The position numbers and the translations under genes are program-made. A stretch of DNA of 64,000 bases from an uncultured Opitutaceae bacterium (lineage in GTDB: Bacteria > Verrucomicrobiota > Verrucomicrobiia > Opitutales > Opitutaceae): NCBI GenBank assembly GCA_937889545.1, contig CALAOT010000073.1, positions 56,002 through 120,001 of the forward strand, written 5' to 3'. Position 1 is the first letter of the stretch; every line of letters starts with the position of its first letter. The notes under the pieces are model-generated. The model saw nothing but the letters and a program-made list of their open reading frames with translations, searched no databases and was not told the DNA's origin. Shown here one piece after another: positions 19,186 through 29,000 of the stretch.

Positions 19186-20012
19186 TGGAGGAAGGCGAGG
19201 GCCGCGGAAGGGGTCGCCCCGTCGTGGACGACGGCCATGAGGGCGCGGGTGATCTTCGCCGGCTGCGGGTGCTGGATGATGTTTCGGCCGTACACGATGC
19301 CAGCCGCGCCCTGCTGCAGGAGGGCGGCGGTGCGGGCGAGGACCTCGGCCTCGGGGGCCCTGCCACCGCCGCGCACCAGGACGGGGATGCCGCCGGCCGT
19401 CTCGACCACCTTGTGGTAGACCGAGATGTCGTTGGTGGGGTCGGCCTTGATGATGTCGGCCCCGAGCTCAACGGCCTGGCGGACGAGGGGGATGATCTTC
19501 TCCGGGTCGCCGTCCACGCCGTAGCCGCCGGACTTCGCGTTGGGCTGGAACACGAGCGGCTCGACCATGAGCGGCATGCCGCAACGGTCGCAGACGGACT
19601 TGAGCCGCATGACGTTCTGGATGCACTGGTCGGCGAGCTCCGGCTGGTCGGGGATGCAGAATAGGTTAACGACGACGCAGGCGGCGTCGAGGCGCACGGC
19701 CTGCCCGACGGGATCGTCGATCATGCGCGAGAAGAGGGTGCGCGGAAGCCGGGGGCCGTAGACGTTGGCGACGTCGGTTCGCAGGACAAGAGCGGGCTTG
19801 CCGCGCGCCGGGATGCCTTGCAGGTGGGGGGCCTGGCCGACGGTGAGCTGGATGGCGTCGGGCCCGGCGGCGACCAGCGTCGCGATCGCCCGCGGAAGGT
19901 TCTCGATGCCGGCGAGGAACGATCCCTCGTTGAAAAAACCGTGGTCGATGGCCACGTCGAAGCAGCGGCCGGTGCGGGGGTTGAATAGGCGGTGGAGGCG
20001 GGCGGATTTCAT
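19182..20012 (-). CDS. class I aldolase, DhnA/LsrF (FbaB-like) family
   Basis: C-terminal 276 aa of track ORF 19182..20147, with the ATG at 20012. Contains MKSARLHRLFNPRTGRCFDVAIDHGFFNE...VVNLF...GADIIKADPT...VLVRGGG...GAAGIVYGRNIIQHP. Confidence 0.83.
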   Translation of the reverse strand: MKSARLHRLFNPRTGRCFDVAIDHGFFNEGSFLAGIENLPRAIATLVAAGPDAIQLTVGQAPHLQGIPARGKPALVLRTDVANVYGPRLPRTLFSRMIDDPVGQAVRLDAACVVVNLFCIPDQPELADQCIQNVMRLKSVCDRCGMPLMVEPLVFQPNAKSGGYGVDGDPEKIIPLVRQAVELGADIIKADPTNDISVYHKVVETAGGIPVLVRGGGRAPEAEVLARTAALLQQGAAGIVYGRNIIQHPQPAKITRALMAVVHDGATPSAALAFLQ

Positions 20013-20776
20013 CGGGGCGACGCGGTGTGGACGCGCACCTGGGCCGCGTTGAGCGCGATTCGCTCGTCGCGGGAAAGCGCGCGGTCGGTGACGAAGTCGG
20101 TGAAGGCGGCCCAGGGCGCGAAGCGAAGCGCGGACGGGCGGTTCCATTTCTCGGCGTGGGCGACAAGAATGCGGCGGCGGGCGCGCCGCAGAACCTCGGC
20201 CTTAACCGCGGCCTCGCCCACCTCGGTCGTCGACGCCCCCGCCGCGCCGTCGAGGCCGGACGCTCCGAGCACGGCGACGTCGAAGCGGAGGTTTTCGAGC
20301 CAGCTCTGGGAAAGCCCCCCGGTGAGCGCAAGGCTCATGGGGCGAACCTCCCCGCCGACGGCGCTGACGGTTGCCCGGGCCTCCCCTGCGAGGGCCAGGA
20401 GCGGCACCGAGTTCGTGTAGATGCGCAGAGCGGCCCGCTCCAGGAGAGCGCGGCCGACCTCAAGGCACGTTGTGCCGGCGTCCACAAAGACGGTGCCGAC
20501 CTCCGGGACCAGGGCCGCGGCCGCGCGCCCAAGGCGAACCTTGGCGGTGACGGCCTTCTCGGTCTTCCGCGGGTAGGGCGGCTCGACCAGCGAGAAATCG
20601 TGCGGAAGCAGCGCGCCCCGGGTCCGGGTGGCCAGGCCGGCGCCGGACAGCTCGGTCACGTCGCGGCGCGCGGTCGCGACCGAAACCCCGAGGCGCGAGC
20701 AGATCTCAGCGGCCGTCACCCGGCCCCGTTCCCCGAGGAGGCGCAGAATCTGGCGGTGCCGTTCCGGGGCGAGCAT
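20009..20776 (-). CDS. DeoR/GlpR-family transcriptional repressor
   Basis: The ATG at 20776 gives MLAPERHRQILRLLGERGRVTAAEICSRLGVSVATARRDVTEL (HTH) plus a sugar-binding C-terminal domain. The stop overlaps the aldolase start (ATGA). Confidence 0.9.
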   Translation of the reverse strand: MLAPERHRQILRLLGERGRVTAAEICSRLGVSVATARRDVTELSGAGLATRTRGALLPHDFSLVEPPYPRKTEKAVTAKVRLGRAAAALVPEVGTVFVDAGTTCLEVGRALLERAALRIYTNSVPLLALAGEARATVSAVGGEVRPMSLALTGGLSQSWLENLRFDVAVLGASGLDGAAGASTTEVGEAAVKAEVLRRARRRILVAHAEKWNRPSALRFAPWAAFTDFVTDRALSRDERIALNAAQVRVHTASPR

Positions 20777-20824
20777 CCCAGATGAATAATGGAGCCGGGA
20801 ACGGGGAGGCAATTGCAATGCTCG

Positions 20825-20851
20825 AAATCGCTCAAATCGCTCAATATCGCT
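20825..20851. repeat. tandem 9-bp direct repeat (AAATCGCTC x2 plus degenerate AATATCGCT) in the GH116-DeoR spacer
   Basis: Read directly from the sequence: aaatcgctc at 20825-33, aaatcgctc at 20834-42 and aatatcgct at 20843-51. It is preceded by the overlapping palindromes GCAATTGC/ATTGCAAT at 20809-20819. It lies 49-75 nt upstream of the DeoR ATG. Confidence 0.5.
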
Positions 20852-23435
20852 ACCCGGCGGCCTTCTGGGCCTCGGTGTACCTCAGCTCCTTAACCTCTAT
20901 CCTGCCCACGACAACCTTCAGGAACGGCTTGCCGTCCGCCACCCCCACCGTGCCGAAGCCCGTGGCCGTGGAGAGGAAGCTGCGGAAGTCGCCCCGCAGC
21001 GCGGGCTGCAGGTGCAGCACGCCGTCCACCGCGTCGTAGCGTGCGCCGCTTAGCGCCTGGAGCAGCCCGTACGAGGCCATGGCGCGCGCGTACCAGTGGC
21101 CCCATTCGTACTCGTCGAACGGGTTGCGCGCCCGGCCGTCGTACCGGGCGCGACAGGCGCGGACGATCTCCAGGCCCTCTCCGACGAGCCCCATCAGGAT
21201 CATGTGCGAGGCCGCCTGGTATTCGATGCCGGTCCACACCTCGTTGGAATAGACGAAGGGCAGGGAGGGCATGTTGCCCAGCGGCCACGAGCACAGGAGG
21301 AGTCCTCCCTCGTGGCCGTTCGCGTAGGTCGCGCGCTGGGGATTCGCATGGCCCGCGAGGTCGCGCTTGAAGTTGTGCCGGTGGACGGCCTTCAGGTGGC
21401 TGCGCACCTTTTCGGGATCGAGCACCTGGCCGACGCCGCAGGCGAGCGCGAGCCATGATCCGAGGACCCCGTCCGAAAGGCAGCCGGCCCCGTATTGGTA
21501 TTTCGGGCCCTCCCTCTCGAGGAGCTCGGCCGCCTCCTTCGAGTAGTACTCCCCGTAGAACTTCCCGTCCACCGCGACCTTGGCCCTCAGGTTCTTCCAC
21601 TCCACCCTCTGGAAGTAGTACTCTCCGTTGAAAAGCTCCCCGTTGATCCGGGCCGCCCCGCGGGCAAGCAGGTCCTCGTAAAGCGCGACGTCCTCGCCCA
21701 GCGCACGCCCCATGGCGGCGGCCGCCTTCAGGGCTCCGGCGTAGAAACTCGATATCATGCCGTTTGGGCCCCAGAACTGGATGTCGTAGGTGTTGTGCTG
21801 CGGCTCCTCCGGCCATCCCCTGTGCTCGGGGTCCCAGGTGCCGATGCAATAGTCCAGGCTCGCTCGAATCCTTGGCCAGAGCCCGCGCAGCCAGGCCGTG
21901 TCGCCGCTTATCCGCCACTCGCGGTGGGCCTTCATGATGCCGCCGAGCTGGCCGTCCGCCGCGGCGTAGAAGTCGTGCGCCGAGGCCTGGATCGGCAGGG
22001 CGACCCGGAAATTCTGGTGGCCGTGCTCGTCCTGCCCGACCGAGAACTCGGTCTCGCGCAGGGTCCGCTCGAGCGACGGGAACAGGTGCGCGATCGACTG
22101 GGCGTAGTTCCAGACGTGGGTGCAGGTCCCGGGGCCCTGCGCGTTGTCCTCGTCGCAGCCCTCCCATCCCCACAGGCGCCCGTCGGCCTGGCGCAGCACC
22201 GTCGAAGATTTCAGGATGCTCAGGTTGGCGGCGGCGGCCTCGACGGCCTCGGCCGGAAGGGAGGAGTCGAAGAAGCAGTCGGAGAATCGCTCCGCCTTGC
22301 GGCGCAGGTCCATGTAGTGGTCGCGCCAGTAGGCCGCGAGCTCGTCGATGCCTGCGAATCGGCTGGCATACCACGGCTGGTAGTAGTCGGACGGGGCCCC
22401 GGCGTCGCCCAGCGGGGGGACTATGTCGCGCAACCGGGTCCTTGGGGCGTACCAGGCGATCCGCAGCCGGATCGTCTTGATAGCCCCCGGAACGAAATGG
22501 AACGGAACGAACAGCGATGCGCCCGTCGGCAGCCTGCCTTCGGCCGGGGCCGGGCGGTCGTAGGCCGCGCCCTGCTCGACGTCGCGCCAGGCCATTGTCT
22601 GCGGATCGAACCAGTTGCCGCGAAACCAGGCGAGGTTGACCTTGGCCGCCGGGTCGTCGGTGGCGAAGGCGCACCATGCCTCCTCCTGCTGCGCCGACGG
22701 CCACGCCGCCCCGTACAGGGTGAAGCCGCCGGGGGTGCCGCGGATGGCCCGCGCGGGCTCCGGCCCGCTCTGCCACTCATTCATGGCCGCCGGCACGAAA
22801 TTGCGCGCGTGGAACGAGAACACGGCGTCCAATTCCTCGTCGCCGGCGTTCGTGAACGTGTACTCGAGGCCCGCGACCGGCAGGCTCGAATTGTCGGCGT
22901 CGCCGGGCTCGAACGGGCTCCACCCGGTGATGCGGGCCGTGACGGGCACCGCCGGATCCGCGAGCTCGACGCGCGCGAAGGGAAAGTGCGCGCGGAACGT
23001 CGCCCGGTCGAAGCGCGGAAGCCCCAGACCCAGCGGCCCGCTGCCGGTCGCGGCATGCCTGCGTTCAAACAGCTTCCACTTCGGCACGGGGCCCTCGACC
23101 ACGCGGGCGATCTTCGCCGGGCCGCCGATCGAGATGGCCGCAAACAATCCCGGTTGGTTCTGGAGCACGGGCCGGTCGCGTATCGAGACATTCGTGAGGC
23201 CTCCGGGGCCTTCCAGGCACATCATTCCCGCGCCAAAGCCGCCCATGGGGAAGGAGATCTGGTCTAGCTGGTCGCCGGTGAACGCGGTGTCTGGCCCTCT
23301 CGGGGCCGGGGGCGCGGACGGCGCGGGCCCCGGAACATCTGCGGCCCGGGACAGGGAGGCGGCGGCTGCGATTGCCCCGAGGGTGCCCACGGAGCTTCGG
23401 ACGAATTCGCGGCGGGCTATGAGTCTTTCGGGCAT
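20850..23435 (-). CDS. glycoside hydrolase family 116 (GBA2-type beta-glucosidase) with a Tat signal
   Basis: The ATG at 23435 is preceded by AAGGAG. The N-terminus is MPERLIARREFVRSSVGTLGAIAAAASLSRA (twin-arginine). FPMGGFGAGMMCLEG and NYAQSIAHLFPSLERTLRETEF resemble GH116 N-terminal and catalytic-domain signatures. Confidence 0.83.
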   Translation of the reverse strand: MPERLIARREFVRSSVGTLGAIAAAASLSRAADVPGPAPSAPPAPRGPDTAFTGDQLDQISFPMGGFGAGMMCLEGPGGLTNVSIRDRPVLQNQPGLFAAISIGGPAKIARVVEGPVPKWKLFERRHAATGSGPLGLGLPRFDRATFRAHFPFARVELADPAVPVTARITGWSPFEPGDADNSSLPVAGLEYTFTNAGDEELDAVFSFHARNFVPAAMNEWQSGPEPARAIRGTPGGFTLYGAAWPSAQQEEAWCAFATDDPAAKVNLAWFRGNWFDPQTMAWRDVEQGAAYDRPAPAEGRLPTGASLFVPFHFVPGAIKTIRLRIAWYAPRTRLRDIVPPLGDAGAPSDYYQPWYASRFAGIDELAAYWRDHYMDLRRKAERFSDCFFDSSLPAEAVEAAAANLSILKSSTVLRQADGRLWGWEGCDEDNAQGPGTCTHVWNYAQSIAHLFPSLERTLRETEFSVGQDEHGHQNFRVALPIQASAHDFYAAADGQLGGIMKAHREWRISGDTAWLRGLWPRIRASLDYCIGTWDPEHRGWPEEPQHNTYDIQFWGPNGMISSFYAGALKAAAAMGRALGEDVALYEDLLARGAARINGELFNGEYYFQRVEWKNLRAKVAVDGKFYGEYYSKEAAELLEREGPKYQYGAGCLSDGVLGSWLALACGVGQVLDPEKVRSHLKAVHRHNFKRDLAGHANPQRATYANGHEGGLLLCSWPLGNMPSLPFVYSNEVWTGIEYQAASHMILMGLVGEGLEIVRACRARYDGRARNPFDEYEWGHWYARAMASYGLLQALSGARYDAVDGVLHLQPALRGDFRSFLSTATGFGTVGVADGKPFLKVVVGRIEVKELRYTEAQKAAG

Positions 23436-23712
23436 GGCATTATTCTCCTTGGGCGGTCGCGCCGCTGCCGCGGGATTCCGGCAGGGCAGGGGATGTCTTC
23501 GGCTGCGGCCCGACCCCGCACCCATCCGGGGCAGGACGCGGGTGTTTCGGACTATTCACGGGGCCCACTATCTGCTCTTTGAATCCGGCAGCCAAGCCAA
23601 AGAACGCCGGGCAGGCCTCCGCCCCGCGGGCTCATGTGCGGCGCCGCGTCCAAATGGGCACAAATCCCGGCCCATGGAGACGTTCTTGAGGCGGGCCCGG
23701 CCGGACATCTCC

Positions 23713-23785
23713 TTTCGGCAAAATGCCTGCCGAAAAACAAGCCGGGCCGCCGCCGTTGAGACTCGACCGGCAGGCGGCCCGGCTT
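23713..23785 (-). terminator. tandem hairpins with a T-run; candidate intrinsic terminator of the hybrid kinase gene
   Basis: A 13-bp inverted repeat, aagccgggccgcc (23739-51) / ggcggcccggctt (23773-85), lies 14 nt past the TAA at 23801-23799. On the minus strand it is followed by TTGTTTTT and a second hairpin, tttcggca (23713-20) / tgccgaaa (23728-35). Confidence 0.55.
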
Positions 23786-23798
23786 GCGCGCCGGCCAA

Positions 23799-25055
23799 TT
23801 AGGCGACTTCAGTCACAAGTTCGGGATGAAGCAGCTTGTTAACTGCCTCGAGAAGGGCTTCGACCTTGAAGGGCTTGAAGAGAAAGGCTCCGTTGAAACG
23901 GTGCGTCTTGGAGTCGCCACCCCCGCTGGACAACCCGCTCATGGCGAGGATCTTCACCGTGGGATTCAGATGCTGAACGATGTTGGCGAGGACGGAGCCG
24001 TCGAGGTTTGGCATGCTCATGTCCGTTACGACCAGGCTGATCTCGCTGCTGCGGGCGGCAAAGAGCGCCACGGCCTCGGAGCCGTCCCCGGCCATGAGCA
24101 CGCGGAAGCCGTGGCGCGAGAGGATGGCCCCCGTGATGTCGCGGATCTGGGCCTCGTCGTCGACAATCAGGATGAGCTCACCGTTGCCGCGGGCCGCGCT
24201 CGGCCGGACCGGGTCGAGTTGGTCGCCCTTGGCGGGTATCTCGGCGGCGGGCAGGTACACCCGGAACGTGGTGCCCCGGCCGGGTTGGGTCTTCAGGCTG
24301 ATGAAGCCCCGGTGATGCTCCACGATGGCGCGCACGGTCGAAAGGCCGAGCCCGGTGCCCTTGTTTGGGTCCTTGGTCGTGAAGAATGGCTCCCAAATGT
24401 GCGCGAGCGCCTCGGGAGGGATTCCCATGCCGGTATCCTCGACGTGGAGGACGACCCAGGCGCCAGCCATCGCGCCGTCAATCTTCTTTGCGGCTCGCTC
24501 GTCGAGCAGGCAGTTCTCGGCCCTGAGGCTGAGCACGCCTCCGGAGGGCATCGCGTCGCGGGCGTTGACGCAGAGGTTGAGGAGAACCTGGTGAATCTGC
24601 GTCGGGTTTCCCATGACGGACCAGAGGTCGGCCGCAACGTCGCATTCCAGGCGTATGTTCTTGGGGAAGGTCTCGCCGATGACGCCCGTGGTCTCCTTGA
24701 GGAGGGGCTTCACCTCGACGAGCTGGTGGCCGCCGCCCACGCCCTGGGTGAAACTGAGGATCTGGCGCACCAATTCGACGCCCCGCTCGGCGCTCTTCTC
24801 AAGGGAGGAAATGATGCGCAGGTCATCCGGATTGGTCGCGTGCTCGCGGAGCACGGGAGCAGCCAGGATGATGGGGGCCAGGACGTTGTTGAGGTCGTGG
24901 GCGATCCCGGAGGCCAGCATGCCGATGCTTTCCAGCCGCTGCGCCCGGAGAAACTGCTCGTCGAGGCGCCTCTTCGCGGCGACCTCAGGCCCCGCATCCG
25001 GGCGGGCCTTGGTTCGGTCGGAATCGTTGCAGATCAGGGTGGCGCTCATTTCCAT
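23799..25055 (-). CDS. cytoplasmic hybrid histidine kinase (HisKA-HATPase-REC) without a recognisable sensor domain
   Basis: The track ORF runs to 25121. I prefer the ATG at 25055 (MEMSATL). It has the H-box FLRAQRLESIGMLASGIAHDLNNVLAPI, the G-box GTGLGLSTVRAIVEHHRGFISL and the REC domain ELILIVDDEAQIRD...LVVTDMSMPNLDG. Confidence 0.87.
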   Translation of the reverse strand: MEMSATLICNDSDRTKARPDAGPEVAAKRRLDEQFLRAQRLESIGMLASGIAHDLNNVLAPIILAAPVLREHATNPDDLRIISSLEKSAERGVELVRQILSFTQGVGGGHQLVEVKPLLKETTGVIGETFPKNIRLECDVAADLWSVMGNPTQIHQVLLNLCVNARDAMPSGGVLSLRAENCLLDERAAKKIDGAMAGAWVVLHVEDTGMGIPPEALAHIWEPFFTTKDPNKGTGLGLSTVRAIVEHHRGFISLKTQPGRGTTFRVYLPAAEIPAKGDQLDPVRPSAARGNGELILIVDDEAQIRDITGAILSRHGFRVLMAGDGSEAVALFAARSSEISLVVTDMSMPNLDGSVLANIVQHLNPTVKILAMSGLSSGGGDSKTHRFNGAFLFKPFKVEALLEAVNKLLHPELVTEVA

Positions 25056-25230
25056 GGCAGGGAGCTTGCCCCGGTTGAAGCGCCGAGGGGACGCCCGGCA
25101 TCCCCAGAATCGGCCGCGCAAAAGCCATGGGCGTGAGGAGCTTCCCCATCGAAGCGCCCACCCAGAGGTCCTTTAGGGAGGCCGAGTTCTTCCATTTCAG
25201 AGCGCAACCTAGTGGCACTGCTGTGGGTAT

Positions 25231-25258
25231 TCTACGACGATTTCTACGTCTTTTTACG
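25231..25258. promoter_or_regulatory. three phased direct repeats T(C/T)TACG in the divergent kinase/LuxR-regulator promoter region
   Basis: TCTACG is at 25231-36, TCTACG at 25243-48 and TTTACG at 25253-58. The segment is locally AT-rich and ends 85 nt upstream of the GTG at 25343. Confidence 0.35.
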
Positions 25259-25342
25259 TAATCATGAGCCTTTCCCTTGGGCGACAGGTATTTGATGTGA
25301 GCGAGCTTGAGCTCGGTCGGCCAAGCAGTTTACAATGGCGCC

Positions 25343-26005
25343 GTGAAAATTGTAATCGTCGAAGACCACCTGATGATTCGCGATGTCGTGCGGAAGGTCT
25401 GCAGCTCCGAATTTGGCTATACCGTCGTCGGCGAGACGGATTCGGGCGTTCAGGCGGTGGAGATGATTCTGAAGCACAAGCCGGACGCCGTGGTCCTGGA
25501 CCTGTCGCTTCCCGACATGGACGGCTTCAACGTGGCGGACCGCGTGCTCAAGGCCATACCGAGCCTGCGGATCCTGATGCTGTCGTCGCACTGCGACGAC
25601 TACACCTTGTTCCGCGTGGAGAAGTCGGGCGTGCACGGCTTTATCGACAAGAACTCCAACACGATAGAGACCCTGCGGGACGCCCTTTCGGCGATCGCCG
25701 CCGGGCGCATCTATTTCTCGCAGGCGTTCCAGGCGGCCCGGATAGCCCGGCGGTCCGATCCGCGCTCCTTCATCAAGGTGCTGTCGGACTGGGAGCGGGC
25801 GATCCTCTCGCTCATCGGCCAGGGCCTCAATGACGACGAAATCGGCGAGCGCCTCAACCTTTCGCCACGCACGGTCCAGACCCACCGCAGCAACATCCTG
25901 CGCAAGCTCGACCTAAAGGGGACCCCCAAGCTGATCGCCTTCGCCGTCGAGCACGGCTTCACGCAGGTCCAGTCGAAGAGCGGATCGATTCCAGTTTATA
26001 CCTGA
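25343..26005 (+). CDS. NarL/FixJ (LuxR-type HTH) response regulator
   Basis: The track ORF starts at a TTG at 25307. I prefer the GTG at 25343 ([16 protein letters not shown]). It has the REC domain ([12 protein letters not shown]) and the C-terminal Lux[47 protein letters not shown]. Confidence 0.9.
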   Translation: MKIVIVEDHLMIRDVVRKVCSSEFGYTVVGETDSGVQAVEMILKHKPDAVVLDLSLPDMDGFNVADRVLKAIPSLRILMLSSHCDDYTLFRVEKSGVHGFIDKNSNTIETLRDALSAIAAGRIYFSQAFQAARIARRSDPRSFIKVLSDWERAILSLIGQGLNDDEIGERLNLSPRTVQTHRSNILRKLDLKGTPKLIAFAVEHGFTQVQSKSGSIPVYT

Positions 26006-29000
26006 ACGCGGCGAATTCGCGCTCAAAGTCGTCGAAGAGCTGCTGGAGCTTGTCGGGATGGACCGTGGCGGCGCTGTTCTGGAGCTCGAGCGCCTTGCGG
26101 CTCAGCCGCTCGTATTTCACCACGCTGCAGTGCGACAGGAGCCGGTGCGCTATGCGGTGGATCTCCTCGCGCTCGCCCGTGGCGACGATCTTGCGGGCGC
26201 TTTCGCGGTCGCTCTCAAACGCGGCCAGGAACCGGTCGATCTGGCTGTTGAGGCCCTCCAGGGTCTCGTTGCCGAGGAAGCGCAGCATCTCCAGGTCGAT
26301 CTCCGTGGGCTGCTCCAGGGTGATCTTCTGGGAGCGGACCTCGACCGAGGCGGCGGTGCGCATGGGGCCCCCCAGGTCGCGCAACGCGTCCGCAATCTTC
26401 GCCGGGGTGATCGGCTTGGAGATGAACGCATCCATGCCGGCCTGGAGGCAGGCCTCCCTGTTGAAGTCGGCGGAATAGGCGGTGGTGGCGATGATGATGG
26501 TGCGCTGCGTGGATGGCTCGACCGCGCGGTAGCGCGACGCGACCTCCGTGCCGATGAGCCCGGGCAGGCTCCAGTCGAGGAACGCGACGTCGTAGTGGGT
26601 GGCCTTCAGTCGCTCCAGGGCGGCGAGCCCGTCGTTCACGACGTCCGACTGGATGTCGAGCTTGCGCAGCATGGCCTGCATGGCGATGACGTTGTATTCG
26701 ATGTCCTCGACTATCAGCGCGCGAAGCGGCGCTGAGCGGCGGGTGACGGGCGCCTCGGTCGTGCCTGCATCGCGCATGGTGACGAACGGGATCTCCGCCC
26801 AGAAGCAGGAACCCTCGCCGGGCTTGGATTCGACGCCGACCCGTCCCCCCATCTTGCCCGCGAGAAGCTTACAGACGGCGAGGCCGAGCCCCGTGCCTCG
26901 GATGTTGCCGGTCCGGGCCGACTCGAGCCGGGTGAACTTGGTGAAGAGGGTGGCGATCTCCGCCTCGGTCATGCCGGCGCCCTGGTCGCGAACGAAGAAC
27001 CGCACCCGGCCGTGGAAGCCGGGGGAGGCGCCGACCTCGATCGGCTTTCCCGCCCCGAACTTGACAGCGTTGGTGAGGAAGTTGAGCACGATCTGCTGCA
27101 CGCGGGCCGAGTCGCCCACGAGATGCTCCGGCACCCCGGGCGCGATTGAAATGGTGATGCCGGTCCCGTCGGCGTGCGCGTTCATGGTGACCATCGAGAC
27201 GCACTGCTCGAGGAGTACGCGAAGGGAGAACGGCGCGGAGCGCAGCTCCATCTTTCCCGCCTCGATCTTCGAGAAGTCGAGCACGTCGTCGACCAGGGTC
27301 GCCAGCAGGGTGGCACAGCTGTTTATGGAATCCGCCAGGTAGCGCTGGCGCTTGTCGAGCACCGTCTCCTCGAAGGCGAGCGCGAGGCCGAGTATGCCCG
27401 AGATAGGATTGCGTATCTCGTGGCTCATGTTGGCCAGGAACTCGGACTTTGCCTCGTTGGCCTTCTCGAGTTGCTCCGTCTTCTTCCGGACGAGCGCCTC
27501 CAGGCGGACATTCTGCCGGCGCAGGAACGCGAGGCGCCACTGGAAGGCGCCAAAAAAGGCCGCGACCACCAGCAGTCCGAAGCCGACGAGGGCGGGGACG
27601 GTCCTGTACCAGGGGGGCAGGACCGTGAACCTCCAGACCGTGGCCGGGCTCGCAAGGCCGGCGTCGTTGATCACGCGCGCGGCGAACTCGTACCTGCCGA
27701 TCTGGAGCCGGACAAGGTCGAGGTGATTGCTGTTCGTGGGCGCGGACCACTCGCTGCCGCCTCCGGAAAGCATGGTCTGGAAGCGGACGGATTCGCGCCG
27801 GCCAAACTCCGCCGCGGAAAAATCGAAGCTGACGGAATTCTTGGCGGCAGGGATCCTCGCATCCGCCGCCACGCTCGCGCGGAGGAGCGGCGCGCGCGGA
27901 TTGCCGACCGCCTCGAGCTGGCCGGGGGCGAGACGCAGCAGCCCCTCCGTGCCCCCTAGCCAGACGATGCCGCGGGAATCGACGAAGAGAGATTCGACTT
28001 CGCCTACCTGCGCCAAACCCGGGACGGCGAATGGCTCCCAGGAAGCCTCGCTACCGGCCCTGACCGACAATCGGCCTAGGATCGGGATTCTGGGGCCATC
28101 GGTGAAGGGGCCGTCGAACGCCACCCATACTGCGCCCGAGGATTCGCGATTGGAAATCGCGGCAGCTGGCGTCTTTGGAGCATTCTTAATGAGGACGGGT
28201 GCCTTCAGCGCCAACGGATACAGCTCCACCCCCTTGCCGGTAAATACCGCGATTGCATCGTTGATGCGGGCGACCGCCCCGCGCCCGGTGCCGGGCAGGC
28301 CATCGGTCGGCGTGACGCGAATTGGAGCCGTGGAAACGCCGGCGCCCTGGGGTATTTGGAACGCGCCGCGGGAGACGGTGCCGATCCAGATGTTTCCGTC
28401 TCCGTCCTCGGCCAGGGTCTCGGGCTTGTCGGGCAGATGCGCCAGCGCGTTTGCCTCCATTTCTCCTCCGGCAGCTGGGGAGAGCCGCTCGATGTCGAAG
28501 CCGTCGGCCATAAGAAAGCTGCTGGGACTCGCCAGGGATCGGCGGACAAGGAACACGTTCTTTTTTGAGGCGAAAATCTGGGTTGCCCGGCCTGCCTGAA
28601 TCCGATCGACCCGCCCGATGCCGGATGCGAAAATCGAGCCGTCGGGTTCGGACTCAAGGTCGGCATAGCGGGCTGTCAGGTCGGGGAGCGCTGCGAAACG
28701 CGCCGTTCCATCATTGCCTATGGGAAGGCCGAACACGCCCTCTTCGGTGGCCACGAGGATTTGGGATCCGGTCTGGGTCAAGCTGATGCAATGTTTACCG
28801 GTCAATCCTTGCCGCGCGTCGAAAAACGAAACGCCGGATTCGAGCGCGATTCGCGTAATGCCGTCAGCTGAGGTGGCCCACAGCGCGCCGTCGCGGGTAA
28901 CGAAGAGGGAAAACACACCGCGCGACGGCAAACCGTCGTCTGTCGAGATGACCCGTTTCAACGCTCCCGTGGGACCGACAATTGCAATGCCGCCGTTCAG

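Noticed and set aside
17806-19471. 537-aa plus-strand and 458-aa minus-strand alternative ORFs over the oxidoreductase/aldolase genes
   Set aside because: They have extreme Arg/Pro content and no motifs. They conflict with the coupled operon frames.
20890-23267. Long alternative-frame and antisense ORFs over the GH116 gene (20890..22776 minus, 21495..23267 plus)
   Set aside because: They are low-complexity and R/P/G-rich with no motifs. The GH116 frame has an SD sequence, a Tat signal and family motifs.
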